A stretch of 64,000 nt of DNA, from the NCBI RefSeq assembly GCF_018977255.1, contig NW_024704742.1, forward strand, positions 129,892,001-129,956,000, written 5' to 3'. Under the pieces are notes generated by a model, which made no database searches, had not been told where the DNA came from, and saw only the letters and a list, made by a program, of their open reading frames with translations. Positions 37,619 to 53,167 of this stretch are shown here, one piece after another. Source of the stretch: Callorhinchus milii (taxonomy: Eukaryota). Position numbers and translations under genes: made by a program. Numbering within the stretch: the stretch's first letter is position 1; each line of letters opens with the position of its first letter.

Positions 37619-40600
37619 TTTCAAATCAATACAGATTGCTTAATCCCGATTCCCTTCCTTTTTTCCATTTCCCTTCCACCTCATGGTTGTGTGCAAATTG
37701 GCTAAAATGTAGTCACTACACTTTACAGTAAATCCTGTGAAGTGCTACAAAATGTCCTCAAGACCTGGAAGGTGTTTTATCAAATGAAAAAATCATCTAT
37801 GAGATCGCGTGAAGGATTTGTACAAAGATAGCCTCATCTCCCATAACCTGCTTGGGCTATTTATTACTGATCTTATCCCATATATGTGAGGTACAAGAAA
37901 GTAAATTAGATCAAAGATACGAATTTCAGCATGGGAGTGGGGAGAGAGGAGAAAGTGTTAATAATGCCTCAAGCAACAGGTCGGATAAACATAGGAACCT
38001 CTCCAGTATAATGTGAGTGCTGGAAACCTGAGAAGCTCTAACTCAAGTAAATAAGGTCAAACAACAACAACAATTACATTCGTATAGCGCCTTTCACGTC
38101 GGGAGGACGTTTATGAATGGAAGACTTGGCACAAGCTCCAGGCAACGGGCACATTCCTTGTACATCCGCTGTGATAACGAGGCGTTTCTCAAGTCCGCAC
38201 AAATTGAGCAATGAACTGAAGGAGGGGGGAGTAATCCCAACAAACAAATCATATGGGTAGGACCACAGCAGAAGTACTGGTCAGCCAGACACCACATGGC
38301 ACTGTTTAAAGTAGCGTGAGACCAGCAACAGGAAACCCATCCCCTCCCCCAAACACTCCACAGGAATAAGGCTCCAGCCAGAGGCAAATACCATTTCCAG
38401 AGGCATCACATACCCCACCCATTTTCCTTGTAGCTCATTTCAGAGATTCCTTAGGACCATGAGATTATCATCAAAACAGGTGTGGTGTTGGAAGGCCCAA
38501 CAGAGGGGCAGAACAAAAGACAAACAGTCAGAGACGTGCGAACACCAAACACCCTCAAAACAGAATCTGAAGGCAACATGTGGTGTTTAACATATATTAA
38601 AAAAAATCAATGGAATCTGTAACACATGTAAATTGCCATCACACAAGAGATCTCTGAACTGGCGCCCCCCCCCCCTAAAAATACTCCCCTGGTATTTAGT
38701 GTGAAGCCCTCCACTTCCACCGAGCACTATCACTATAAGAAAATCACAACTAAAAGCCTCTTCGCTGCACCAGCCCCTTCCATTTTCTCGGTTTTAATTG
38801 GTTACTAAAATACAAACGATGCATTCACTGAAAATTAGAGTGCTCATGTCAAAATAATTTTAGGTCTCAAATTAGTTGATAGAACAACTCATCTGTAAAC
38901 TGCAGACTGAATTCCAGCTGGTTAGTTTCTTTCCCTCCCTCTCGAACTGTCCTCTTTCTACCCCAGAAGATCTACACTATCAAAGGCAGAGGAGAGAGAG
39001 ACAAAAAGGAGAAAATAGGGGAAAAGGAAAGATGCAGAAAATAAAGATATCACTGAATGCAAAATAAAAAGATTTGTCCACCTTCCACCCCCTGTCCCCA
39101 TTAAGTGTTTTTTCCTGTGGCATTTACTAAATACAGTACAAATGACCTCATTCAACACCAAAATGCTTTTAAAAAGGCTCGTGCAAGGCTAAAATATTAC
39201 TGGAATAGATTAGAAGCCTCAGGGTCAAAGTATGCAGCAGGGTTGTGAAGCACATTGTAGGGTCAGTTTACCAGAGTCAGTCTGTCCCCAAAATCCCCAC
39301 CCAATTCTCAATAATGTTATTTAATCATCCCTGCATTTAACATAACACCTTCCACATCAGGACGATGACTCAAAGCGATTCACAAGATTTCCCATAATCT
39401 ACAAATTTGGCACAGTAATGTCTCACAAACAGCCATAATGTAAATAACCATTTTTTTCTTGGATCTGGGGGGTTGGGGGAAGGCAATTTTTGGCCAGTAT
39501 ACCAGAGAAATCCTCTTCTATTTTCAAACATTGCCGCAGGATCTTTAACATCGCCTGAGCAGGACCTTGGTTTAATGTTCCACCCGAGGGACGGCACCTC
39601 TGACCACTTTGGTTTGCTTAGATTAAAAAAAATCCACAGGATATAAAAAAACTACCCAAAAAAATTCTAGAATTCAAACTTGATTCCACCTTCTAATGGA
39701 TATCTGTGAACCGACTGGTTCTAAACCAAACAAGAGCAGCTGGTGCTCTGTCAGCATTGCAGCAGGAGAAACATTCAATGATCTTTTTGAGTTCAAGTAA
39801 TAATGGCTGATGAGAAACACACAAGACAATCCCGAGCATTGATCAGCAGATTTGGGATTGCAAGCAACGTGCCCTTTGTTTGCTCGTGTGACTGCAGTCC
39901 AGTATTGTGCCATTATTTGGCTTGCGATCAGCATCAACTGGTTTCTTTTAAAGCAACTCACTTGAAACGTTTTTTAAAAAAACATATATTTCCACATGCT
40001 CCCAGCCACCATCTCCAAGGTCACTTTCCTGGCATGGATCTCGAGCGATTTCACAGGCCCAAGTGATTGATATTAGCAAATAAATCCTGCACTGTCTCAA
40101 AAGCCTTGTCAAGCCAGGATTTTTTCAATTCCAACGTACAATCGGGGGAAATGCGTAATTTTCCATTCCTTAGCTAGAACACGGGACCAATATTGTTGAC
40201 ATTGACCGATGTTTAAATTGCAGGTGCTGCAAAGTTTGGCTCTTCAGTGTTGAGAGGTGTTATAAAGCTGTATAAAGTTTTAAATGGGATTGAAAGAGTA
40301 AACCCCGAACAGTTTAGGATGTACCAAGACAGTATAACAAGAGGACATAGTTTAGGGTTGCAAAGAGTAATTTTAGGACAGACACCAGGGAGTTTCTCTT
40401 TATTTAGAGGGTAATTAACGACTAACAGTTTGCCAGGAAGGGTGGTTGAAGCCAGGACACTGCGGGTGGGTATTCGGGAGGGATGAGAGTATTCTGAAAT
40501 GGAAGGCCCTTCTTCTTCCAAACCAATATTGTGAAATAGTAATCTCTCTTGTCCCCAGTGCTGAGATAGTGGATTTCATTCATTATACATTGGAAAAGAA

Positions 40601-41240
40601 CCACAGAAGTGACACAATCTGGAAACACTTTGGGCTGTAAACGATTCCATTATATTCTGGCTGCACAGTTTCCATGCTTGAGGTGCATTCACCTCTCACT
40701 GGCATTAATTAACCCATTAGGAAATGCTGTTTCTTTAAAAGAATCAACCTTGAAAACAGTTTAAGTCAATGGCATTTGAACAAGAACCTTCCAGTTGGAC
40801 GTCCGGTCGATGTGCTGAACTAGCCGGGAAGTTTATTCCTCTTGCTCACAGCAACAGGAAGTCAGCTGTGGATTACAGCCAGTCAAGGAAGAGTACTTTG
40901 GACTGAGATGTTGGGGAATTTCACAGCTACTCAAGGATTACAGAAACAGACGGCATCAAGTGATTACGTGATTTGCAATCCTGCAACGTCTATTCCTGCA
41001 GGTGATATTCTGCTACTTCACAATACTAAAAGTCAGTAAAGTCCATAACAGTGCAAACAATGCTGGAAGTGATGCTCCATCACACTTGTGTCCTTCGTGC
41101 AAACTTCCCTCTGTACAAAATGGTGCATGGCATTTACCTAAGTCTTTGTAGAATGTTGACCCATCTATTGAGTAAAATTTTTCTTTCATTTTCCAGTGGG
41201 TATAGTGTAATCTGACCAACTCCAATTAAATATTTACACA

Positions 41241-41648
41241 TCAGCCTGGCTCAGTTGGTGAGCAGCACTCTGGCTCTGAGTCAGAAGGTCATGCGTGGGT
41301 TCAAGCCCCACATCAAGCACCTTGATATCACAATGTAAGAGCTAGAGAAGCAATGCACTGTTAAAAATTGCCATCCCTTCGAAGAAACGTGAAACTAGGG
41401 TCCTGTCTGCTTTAGGTGTCTATTCAGTTGGACGTTAAAGAGGGCATGGCACTAAAGAGAAGGGAGTTTCTCCCTGTGTCCTGGCCAACAATTCCCCAGG
41501 CAAAACTGGCCATTCATGGACTTTGTTGTGCACAAGTTGGCTGCCGGGTTAGTCTACATAATAGCCACTACACTTTACAGTAAATCGTGCGAAGAGCTTT
41601 GAAATATCCTCCAAACGTGAAACATATCAAATGCAAGGATCATTATTC
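41241..41648 (+). mobile_element. DeuSINE-like SINE
   Basis: Head TCAGCCTGGCTCAGTTGG..GGGTTCAAGCCCCAC, Deu-like core, ATCAAATGCAAGGAT tail. Confidence 0.75.
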
Positions 41649-43039
41649 AAAGAGAGAATAATGGCGATCCTTCTTGCCTCAGTAATAGCTGTTGGTAAAA
41701 CACATACACATTCGTTTGTTAGGTTGATTGAAAGTCAAGCAAATGACTCAGTAATAAAAGGTTTGTGAGGCAAATATAGGTTTGTTCACCGGGTACACCC
41801 TTAGGTGGAATTTGTTCCACTGATAAAACTAATATCCTGCTAGCACTGCTGCCCAGGTTCGACATATACAGATATCACGTGTCCAATAATCTATACAAGA
41901 TCTTGGTTCATTATACGTTATTCAATAGCGGAAAGCACCGGCAAAGCAGTTTTAGAAACTGCTGCTGCGGATTCTGCCTAATTTATAAATATCCTTGCAC
42001 TTGATATAGTGAGGATAATTTGCATTATTGCAAACTCCGAGAGTGCAAGGAATATGTCTAACTCTGGTTTACTCTCCACCAGTAGTCTGGAAACACCACC
42101 CAATCTGCTGGGCTGAAGACACAGGAAACAATGGCATCTCTGTGTTCTCTTTAGCTGCAACAAAACGTGCTGTCCAGCTAAATAAATCATCCAATTCCCT
42201 GTGGGTTTTGTCGAGTAAGCCATGGAATGCCAAATGTAGCAAATGTAACCTCCCTCATTTTATTAGTCTCCCTGTTCAGCTGGACGCAAAGGATCCCATA
42301 TCACTAAAAGAGAAGGGAATTTCCCTCTCCCAGTGACCTGGTCAACAATCCCCCAAATAAAATTGGTCATTCATTTCATGGCTGTTTGTGGGACACTGCT
42401 GTGTGCAAATTGGCTGCAGCATTCACCCACAAATAGTCACTCTGCTTCAAAGTAGATCCTGTGAAGCGCTTTGGGATGTCTTCCCAATGTGAAATGCTCT
42501 ACCAAATGCAAGTATTATTAATTATTGCTTATTTTTNCCTATTTGGACACCACGCAATTAAGAATTCAATACACCACGCATCTAAAATGTAAATCACTCC
42601 ATCATCACATCAAATCCTTTCAGCACCTTCCCCCTTGTTGAATGCCTCTTCTCTCTCCCCTCTCCCCCATCATAAAACTTCAGGTGCTGACTTACTCTAC
42701 AATCCCACTGGTGCAGTCAAGCAGAAGAATTCCAAAAAAGCCGTAATTAAATTTGCTGGAGGCAACCGATTAAACAAAAGAGACACTGATATTACAAACG
42801 AGGTCAAAGCTACTAAGCTAAGCAGTGACTTCACAAATAGAAAGCGGGTTTCTGTTAACATTCATACAGCGTACAGACAGACAGATAACTGCCATATTTT
42901 CAGCCCGGGGGGAAACCAAGACGGAAAAAGGTTAAGAGAGAATATTATGAGGGATGAACAGGATTTGTAAAAACAATAATTTTTTTCCGGCACAGAAAGC
43001 CATTCAGCCCATCGGACTTGTACCAATGGGTACAAGGCT

Positions 43040-43920
43040 GCGGCCCTCCTGATTGGCTCGCGCCAGCGCCTCTGCACCTCAGGCTCCGGCAGCATTAACC
43101 TCACCAAGCCAGTCAGGAACCCAGGTGTCTTGATCGACCCTCAACTGTCTTTTCTTCTCCACATCCAAGCCATGACCCGCTCTGCCTTCCTTCATAACAT
43201 CGCCCGACTCCGCCACTAACTTATCCCATAGGCCACTGAAACTCTTGTTCATGCCTTCATCACCTCCAGGCTCAACTTTGCTAACGCCCTGCTTGTCAGC
43301 CTTCCCAACTCCTCCCTCCACAGGCTGCAGGTAATCCAGAACTCTGCAGCCCGTGTCCTCTCCCGCACCAAACTCCTTGACCCCATCTCCCCCGACTCCA
43401 TTGGCTCCCTATCCTTCAGAGGATCCAGTTCAAGATCTTGGTCCTCACCTACAAAGCCCTCCATGGCCCCACCCCTGCGATCTCCTAACCCCCTACCAAC
43501 CCGCCTGCTCCCTCCGCTCAGCCGGCTCCAATTTGCTCCACATCCCGACCCACCAGCCCCATCATTGGCGGGAGAGCCTTCACTATGCCCCCAACCTCTG
43601 GAATTCCATCCCCTAATCACTCTGCCTCACCCGCTCCTTAATAATAATAATCCTTGCATTTGATATAGCGCTGTTCACGTCTTCTCAACGTCTCAAAGCA
43701 CTTCACAGAATAGACCGTAAAGTGAATTGACCATATATTTGTGGGCAAAACGCAGCAGCCAATTGCGCACAACAGTGTCCCACCAACAGTCGTGGATTGA
43801 AGTGATCAATTTATTATTTTTTTTCTTGAGGGACTATTATCAGGCGTGTGGAGTAAGGAAACTTGCCCAAGGTTTCGCCCTGTCTGGAATTGAACCCAGG
43901 TGTCTCGCACTTAAAGCAAG
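43040..43920. mobile_element. L2 3' fragment (+, 43040-43638) abutting a tRNA-SINE (-, 43639-43920)
   Basis: HAFITSRL and LHWLPI remnants, then an (AAT)n-led reverse SINE. Confidence 0.85.
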
Positions 43921-44209
43921 TCCACTATTGTCCTGGCAACCAGGACTGTCTCGGTAGAAGAATCCTCTGCAACAGGATACCTGGATGTAGGATTCCCAGG
44001 TAAGATAGCTATAGACTTTAGGAGTAAAATTACAATTTAAAAGGCAAGGCTCCAGTTTGCAGTCGCCGCTTCCAGGCTAAACACATCAGCAGCCACTTGG
44101 CCTCCTGTCAATCATAAGGGTGGCTCTATCTACATCCGTCATTACAATTTCAAATGGGAAAATAACTTCCTAACCAAAAAAAGAAACAAAGTGTTTGCTC
44201 TGAACAATC

Positions 44210-44755
44210 CTTAGCCTCCTTCAAGTCCTGCCTCAAGACCCTCCTCTTCGACCATGCCACCAGCCACCCTCCTTCCCCTCCTCTGACCCCAGCTCGGGTC
44301 TGAAGTGCTGTACACTGTCCAGCGCCTTGGGATGTCCTCAACAACAACAACTTGGATTTATGTAGCGCCCTCCATGACAGACGGCGTCTCAAGAGTGCTT
44401 CACGGTAACGGATCCCGGAGCCGAGCCAGGGGGAGGAGGAGGAAGGTGACCAAAGGCGCAGTCGAAAGAAAGGTCTTCAGCCGAGACCTGAAATAGGAAG
44501 AGAGGGAGCGAGGCAAAGGGAGTGAGTAAGGGAATTCCAGAGCCTCAAGGCGTAGTGGCTGAAGGCATGGCCGCCAAGGGTGGAGCGGAAGACTCGGGGG
44601 ACGAGGAGGAAGCCAGACACGGTGGAATGAAGGCAAAGGGCACTGTTTTGAGGAGAAAGGAGGTCAGAGAGGAAGGGGGGTGCAGAGGAGTGGAGGGATT
44701 TGGAGACAAGTCCTCCTGATGTGAAAGAGCTATACAAATGTAATCTTGTTGTTGT
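44210..44755. mobile_element. L2 tail (+) with a second L2-type 3' fragment (-, 44340-44709) inserted into it
   Basis: Host tail is cut at GTCCTC (44334-44339) and resumes at GTCCTC (44710-44715). Confidence 0.8.
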
Positions 44756-47700
44756 ACCAGATCACCAGACCAGCTATCAGTTTAGTCCTATGCCTGTCTT
44801 TCCCCCCTCCCCTTCACCCCATTACCACTTTATAGTTCTCAAATATTTGCTATATTCCAGTAATAAAAAAAGGTATTAGTTCAAGGCAAAGATCTAAAAA
44901 GACCACAAACTTCAGCGAACAGGAAAGAGTTGACAGAGAGAGAGAGAGAGAGAGAGAGAGGTGTGTGAAGAGCAGACATGATACAGCAACCAGAGAGAGA
45001 GCGAGAGAGAGAGACATACACACGTTCCATACATCATAGTGAACACTTTCAGGCATGTTTCACCATTGTAGTCAGAGCAAGTTTTCACAAATGAATTAAG
45101 TTAATGCAAGTTGATTGTCAGACCCTTGTTGACAAACTGGGCAGGTGAGATTCCTAGAGTTCCTCTTTCCTCCACCCACCAAAAAGGCGCTGACTCTTTG
45201 CTACACACATACAGTGAAGCCTGACTGTCTTCCTCCCTTCAAAATGGCAGAGAGAAAACAAATGATAGAGAAGTTCAGACTCCATTTTCATGGGACAAAT
45301 GACCGCATTGAAATCCTAGCCTTTCTTTGGATCTCACACCATGGACAAATAACTCCAGTACAAGGAGGAGAGAGATTCCAATGGGACAAAGTTATCCATG
45401 GGTTCCAGCATCTACTGCTAACACAAAAGCCAAAGAAACGACACAACCCTCAACAGTCACCCCAGGGTTTAAGAGAGGACACAAGGTCAATGCACAACCT
45501 TCGTGTCTTGGGTAAATGCACCGGGCTACCATTGCTGGGAAAAGGCAAGCGATGAGAACAATTAAGACAGGATTTTTTTAAAAAATCTTTCATGTAAGTG
45601 GATTTGATTTTATAAGCAGTTTATGAACACTCCCGACAAGAGAAAGCCATGCTACAGAAGTTTTTTTTCTAAAAAAAAGTAGCGGTAAGTAATTTGTAAC
45701 ACGATAAAGCAATCTAAGCACACACACACACACACACGTTTCTCCCCCTCTCATCTTCCCAGGGGTTGGGTAGGGGGAAGGCAAGAAGGAAGATAAAGGG
45801 GCCGGGGGGAAAAAGTATGGTCGAGAAAGAAATGCCAAACTGTTTCCGCAGAACCCTTCGCAGTGTGAACCTAAATATTTAATCAAGTTAGAGATGAGAT
45901 GACAAGGACAGAGAGACACACCCAGAGCCGTGAGACAATTTTTACGTCAGCTCAACACAGCCATTCAGCAGAAACTGGAAAGTACCCTGAAGCAATGTTC
46001 CAGTTTCATTAACAGCACAAAATGGTGTTATTCTGCATCTTTCAACATTACATCACGGATCACACCTTGCAGAAAAATGCACTCACTGCGCTCTTATTTG
46101 GCGCACACACACTTCCCTACTATCTCTATGAAATTTTAATTAGAAGGTTTAACAAGCTGTCCAATTAGAACGAGGCTGCAGTGTTCTCTCTACACGAGAG
46201 CTCATTACCCATTTCAAAAGACGTGAAGACTGGAGTTTCTATACATGCAAGTTGCTTCTTTTGTAGTGAGGAATTTGCAGCCCTGAAGAGGCTGGATTTC
46301 TTTGGATGGGGGGGTGGGGATGGGAAAAAGCTGCAATTCAACTCAAGCTGCATTCACTATTCCAGACATTACCGTTTCCTTCAGCAGGGCAATAGTGAAT
46401 AACAAACCCTCCATCAAATATAGTGCCTGCAACATATTGAAGCTCCTCAAAGAGTTGCAGAAATAATTGCTGTTAATTGCAGTATCTATTTTAGGCAAAT
46501 ATACAAATGGCGCCTGTCCACAACGTTTATTACTTTAGATTCTCAAGCATTCAGAATTTGCAATTTTTTTAATCCCCATCAAGGGATCAGTCAGTTATGT
46601 AGAGGTTTGGTGCCTAAAATGGTATCAGTTTTCAGACAGTGAGGGATCTTTCCTTTCTCAATAATAATTTTGCTGGTTAATTTAAAAAGATGGTCATAAT
46701 TTCCCAGAGTTCTACAAACCACGACGGTCTCAAGTCCTACAAAGTCTGAGTTAGCTGTTCTCAGCTGGGAATGAACACCACACTTGGTTTTATAGGCCGT
46801 CTACATCTTTTAACTCAATGGCTATGGCTGTTTGTGGGTGGGACATTGCTGTGCACAAATTGGCCTCTGAATCTCACCTGCAAAATACACAACCGCTGAT
46901 CTTTATCTACAGCATGTCATGTTAAACACTTAAGAGACATCCTCCTCCCGCTATGAATGGCGTTCCACCAAAATGTAAGAATTATCTAAAGTTGGATGAA
47001 TGAAGATCTGGAATCTGTACAGTAGCAACTCTGGTTACTAAAGCAACAAGTTAGGCAGTTATTACTGATTAATGGGGTGGGGGTGGGGAGACGAAGGAAG
47101 AGAGAAAAAGGCTAACCAGATCAAGTTGAAAATAAGATTTGCATTAAAGAAATCAGTGAGTTTGGAGCAAGGGTCACACTCAAAACCTTAACTTTGTTTT
47201 TTTTCCCCTTTTGGATGCCAAGGATTTAAAATATTTTCTGCCTTTATTCTATTTAAGAACCTCCACTTGCCTCCGAAGGAGAGCGAAGGCACTCAACTTT
47301 GTACAGCTGTGCTGGGTTGTCACACGTGTGCACACAGATGAGTCCCCACAGCCTGCACACAAGTATACAGGTATACTGTACTCGACCAGCCACGATGCTC
47401 ACCGCAATTTGAGTGTACTCCCTGCACTGGTAGCCATTTAGCCAGCACTGACACTATGCTATCCTATATCCAAGCAACAAGCAAACCACACGTAACCCAA
47501 ACAAATCAGTGTGGAAGACGCTGCAAAAATCCTTCCCCGAACTGGGGAATATAACAGCCCTAAATAGCTGTCCACGTGGCAGTATGAAGTCATACATTCT
47601 AATTGGAACCTGAAACTGCAATGGTGAGCAGCCACTGCCAAACCCAAACCACCAATTTAATAGAAATACCAGAACCACTTATTAAAGTGCGAAACTCTAG

Positions 47701-50700
47701 AAAGGCCCAAAAGAAATAACCGCCGCACACAATTGCTTTATTATTCAGCCCAGGCCGACGACAACAGGAGGCCCGAGGAAAGTGGCCTGCAAAGGCGATT
47801 GCACTCCCATCACAGAAGTTTGAAATTACAACTGAAGAGTCCCTCAACTCGTAGGGTAGGAAAGCCACAGCCACTCCCTGCAGCAGGAGATAAAAGAGAA
47901 GCAGGCTTATCATTGCAGCCCAGCATTTCCTGCCACAACCACACAAGACCATCTGTGTTCAAGCACTTCAAAAACAAGCCACTCAGGCAGATGACTCACT
48001 GCAGCTATTGATTACAGAAGGAGCTGCCATCACTGCAAGGGATGTAATGCAATATAATCATTCTTGAATTCATTTTTTTTGGTCTGCCGGATGTCTGACA
48101 CATGCAGAAAATCACCACCGTGCTTAAGAGTATCCCAACAAACCTGAGAATTCCAAGCATCCCACCTACACATGGAAATCCCAGAGATAAATTGTTGGAA
48201 TGGAATGCGCACTCTCTTCCTGGTGGGACACATCCCACTTACCTAATTCCAGAGAGTATAAGGCACAGGTTGGCAAGAGCCAAGGCGTGGGGAGAGTCGG
48301 GGTACTGCTGGAGTACTGCCATCGAGATATCTAAAGAATTTTGCTAAATTTTTACTGTACAATGCAGTGACTGTATTTTGTAGGGAAATGCAGCAGCCCA
48401 TTAGCAACCAGCAGTGTCTGACAAACAACCACAAGGTGAATAATCCATTTATGTAGGGGATTGTTGGCCAGAACAATTCCCATCTCTTTTCAAACATGCC
48501 ACAGCATCTTTAACATTCACTTTAACAGACAGCCGGAACTTCAATTAAACATCTCATCCAAAGGATAGAACTTCCAATAATGCAGCGTTCACTCCCCCCA
48601 TAATGTATAATACCAGCCCTAAAGATGGCGAAAAAAACCTGGTTACCATGGCAACACTATCTCCACTACCTAGAGTGCCCACACTGGAAGGCCCTTCAAA
48701 GTCAAAGAGACTGCAGCAAAAAGTCAAGTCCTCACATCAACACCACTTCACTAGATAGCAGACCCCTCATTTCCACCGTCACACTAAGCACACTATTCTC
48801 AACGGCAATTACTCCCAACAACACAACCCACTCACCAAGTGGAGAACACTTTAGATTGTACTCCAAAAAGCATCAGGTCTGTCCACAACACCCCCATTGC
48901 TCAGTCATTTAAATCACTGCATTGCACACCTCACCCTTCAATCCTCCACCACCATTTACTGATTGGAAGCCAATTAAGTTGAATGGGTTGTGCTGGGATA
49001 TTTCTCCTCCTCCCCCCCAACATCTTCAATCAGAAAAGCAAGGAGTATGAATACAAGTAGAGGAATGTAAAAGGGAATTAGATAAGCACATGTGGAGGAA
49101 GGGTATAATAGGATATGGGGGTATGAGCAGAGAATTGGGATTCAGACGGTTTCATTGGAAGAACAAACACTGACATGAATAAAACAGGGCTGGTTGGTCT
49201 CCTACGGAGTTTTAGATTCTGCAGAATACATGAAACAGCTCTGCACGAATGCTTGTTCACATGCAATGCCTGATCGACCCCTCAGGTTAATGAATTGCAG
49301 GTTAAAGCTGTCCTACCTCTAAGAACTATAACATTATATACCCTTCATTGTTTGCTTGCACGAATATTCTGAGAAAGAAAAAATATTTGAAAAAGCTGCT
49401 CCCAATTGGGCCAGATTTCACCTTCCACAGCAAGTAAAAGTTCTTGTAAGTCAAGTTAAACCTGTTACAGATAACACTGCTCAGCACGGAGCAGAGGCTT
49501 CTCAGGAAATTGCATTTGGGGTCTCTGGTTTTTGCTGAAATTAGGTTTTCTTCACAAAGACAAGAACTACATCAGGGAAGGCATACGGAAGGAAGAGAGG
49601 GGCTCGAAGGGGTGTGGGGAGAAGGTAGGGTGGTGGGACTTCAGTAATCTTGTTCTGTGAGTTGGTGCAGTCTCGATGGGCCAAATGGCCTCCTTCTGCG
49701 CTGTAGATTTCTACATTTCCATGTTTCTAACCAAATATATGCTATTGACCATTTCCCCCAGTAAATGGGTCCACACATCAAAGCGATTTCAGCCTCCAAA
49801 ACTCAGCCTGTGACTGAGGTCCCTTTCAATGACTATTATTAATAGGCAATTAAAGAGGCTAACTAGACAGGACTGGGGCCGCAAACAAACCTCAGAATAG
49901 CTTCTTCTCAAGTAGCATATTACCAAGTCTGCTTGATTTAAAGAAATGCAATATAGTCTATTTACGGGTGGAAGGTGGAGTGGAAGAGAGAAGGGTAGAG
50001 AGAAAAAAAACATATTGAGAAATATTAAATTAATTTTGAACTAAATAGTTCCGAAGGCAATACATCCAAAACCAGCAGTTACTCCACAGTTTCAACAGGA
50101 TTTCCAAAAAATAAGATAGAAACAGAAACGGAAGGAAATATCTTTGTGGAGTCAGAACTCACTCCACAATGATATGGGTCATCAGATTTGTCTGGCAATG
50201 CAACAGAGGATTGACAGCACTCTTGAGAATAAACACTGGTAACAATATCTCAGCCACAAAGTGCTAACACCTCCCTACTCTAGAACAAAAGTATCTAAGA
50301 TGTTACTGGTTCTATTACTTCACAATTAGAATTATAGGGAGCAGTAGAAATTCTTTCCCACAAATATAACGCCCTAGGAATGAAGGTATGTGCTCGTTCT
50401 AATAAGCATGCATATAATTCATTCCAAAATATGTACCTACTTTATTGCTAATTATTTAATCATCCGAGCATTTGAATGCCAACAAAAACTGCTCTATTTC
50501 CACACTGCACATCAAACTAGCAGAAACAAATCTTGGTGGATTTCTTGGTGGATTGAGGAAGAGTTCCAAAACTTCGGGGCATAGCGGCTGAAAGTGCAGC
50601 CACTGATGGTGGAGAGGGACGAGGTAAAAGCAGAAGGCCAGAGACTGGCAAAGCACCAGCCTCCAATGCCCCTTTCATAGTGCAACTTTGCGTTATTCAA

Positions 50701-53167
50701 TGCTACAACTGCAGTACAATCGATTTTGAGCCTCACATCAATAACTGCTGACTGCCGGATCCACTGCAGCAGATTCAAACCTATTTCAACATTAAGACAA
50801 CCAGATGCTCTTCTTGGTCCTGAAAAACAGTCGGCATGCATTCAGCTATCTGCACACATAGAGTGATTCGGAACAAGGTACATAAACCCAACTTGCTTAT
50901 CTACCAGAGACAAATCATAATCATCTTCCAATTTGGTAAAACGCATTTTACATCAGGAGGATGTCTCAAGGCACTTCACAGGATTTACTGTAAAGTGTAG
51001 TCACTATATTTGTAGGTAAACACAGCGGCCCATTTGCACACAGGAACGCCCCACAAACCACCATGAAATTACCAGTTTTACAGATTCAGTAATATCAAAG
51101 GCCCAAAATACATTGTACACAGCTCCTCCGATCGGCCAGTGAGCAGACATTGACCAAGTGCAGCAATACATCTCATGGAGACAGAAGGTTAAGGGCTCAA
51201 TTCGCAGTATGCATCAAATTAACTCTCAGCTGAGGTGTTACAATTGGTGTTGGAGCATCTAAATTGGGAGTGAGAAGGAATAGCTAGGGTTCTCACCAGC
51301 AATATATCAGTGTTAGGGAAGGAGTGGTAGGGATTATACTTTTAACCCATTAGGCCTTTATCATGCAGGATCAATAGGAGCCACAGTGCTCCCACTCACT
51401 GGTCTCTCTCTCCAAATCCTGACAACAAACCAGGCTGATTGGTTTATTATCAGGGTGCCTTGGACTACTGCTGACCCATCTGACTCAGGAACTGGATTAT
51501 CGAGGGCTGACTTGATCCTGGAACATTCCGTTGCTGGTCACGTCACCATGGAACCAGCTCAGCCCAAAGATCACCCTTTCCTCCTCCACCATCTATGGAG
51601 GAAAGGAGCGCTCACTCACCCCGATTTTGCAAGAAGAACTACAAAGGAATTTAAACTATTTTCTATGGCTCACTTCAGAGATGTGAAAGAGGCACCCCCT
51701 CCTTTCTTTCTGTTTCTGGCAATCAAATATAGCATTTTCCTACTAGCCAGGCTGATCTCGGCAGTCAGACAGCTTTCTATAATTATTAACCAAGCCACAC
51801 ATTCCTTACCCAGGCAGACAGGAAACCTAGCAAAAAAAAGAACCCAAGTCCTCAGGCTCCCATGGCTAAACTGTTTTACACTGAAACATTGAAAAAAATG
51901 GATATAGATCCTAGCATCTCACCTGGCTTAAAAGCTGTTCTGTTCACAATTTTAATATACTCAGGATCCCAGATGGTTTACTAAAGGAGAGGAAAGCGCG
52001 AATGAGCAGCTGTGGCTTCTGAAAACAGAGTCTCCGACCTTCTTACTCCATAACTCACTACCCACTGCTTCAGCTCGACTGGCTCTGGCCTCCTGCTTGT
52101 CCCTCGTGCCCTCCATTCCCCCATTGGTGGCCCCACTTTCAGCCACTACACCCCAAAACTATGGAATACTCTCCCTCAATTCCCGGATTGACCCCCTACC
52201 CTTCCCCATCTTCAGGTCACACCTAAAGATCTTCCTCTTCGACCGTGCTCACCCCCTGCATCGTGCTCCGCCATTGTCAAATGCTCTGGGAGCGTGGAGA
52301 ACGTTACATAAGTGTAAGTTGTTGTTGCAATGGACCTATCAATATTTATAATAATCCTAACATTTGTCACGTTGGGAAAGGACATCTGAAAGCACTTCAT
52401 GGGAATTACTTTAAAGTCTAGTGACAGTGTATTTTGTAGGCAAACTGAGATATTTGGAACTGTCCCACAAACAGCCTCTGAATTTCACTGAAGCAGATGT
52501 TCATTTACATTTGGTGAAATATTTGCGGGGGCACAACTCGATAGCGCAAAAAAAATCAAGTGCTAAAAACATTGATGGCTTCACATCAAACGCCAGTCTA
52601 TAACACCTAGTTGTATTGGCCAAGGGGACAAACTATTGTCCTTCATCCCCAGGAACTGGTTTGTTGCCAGAATACCAATTACCATAGCAACAAGACTCAC
52701 TTCACTAAGTTTGAATTATGCTTTTTAATTGATCACTACCAATGGGACACTGCCTCTTCGAAACAGTGTTCACTTCACAGGCACTGTACATTAAGTAATA
52801 GTCAATTCACTTTACAGTATATTCTGTGACGAGCTTTGAAATGTCTCAACCATGCGATAAGGCACTATATCAAACGCAAGGACTATTATTATGGTTCCCT
52901 TACTGGTCACTATTCAGACACCCCTGCTGGAAAGTGTGTTTATTTGGAGCAATGACTGGATTGGTTTCTGTGCAGTAATCCCAACCCATTTGCAGACCCT
53001 AAGAGGTGCTTCAACTCCTGGCACATGAAAGGCATCTACAGGCTCTTGCAACGTTAAGCCAGTGGAAACCTTCAATCCCTTAGGGCTAAACAAACCAAAC
53101 TTGAGGTACAGCAGAACACAGCCTCATATTTAAACAAACTGCTTGCAACAGACTGGGAGATATATAG

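Noticed and set aside
51386..51892. 168-aa plus-strand ORF, and a minus-strand donor-like GGG|gtgagt near 51615
   Set aside because: No family similarity and a non-ATG start; an isolated donor-like motif is not enough to call an exon.
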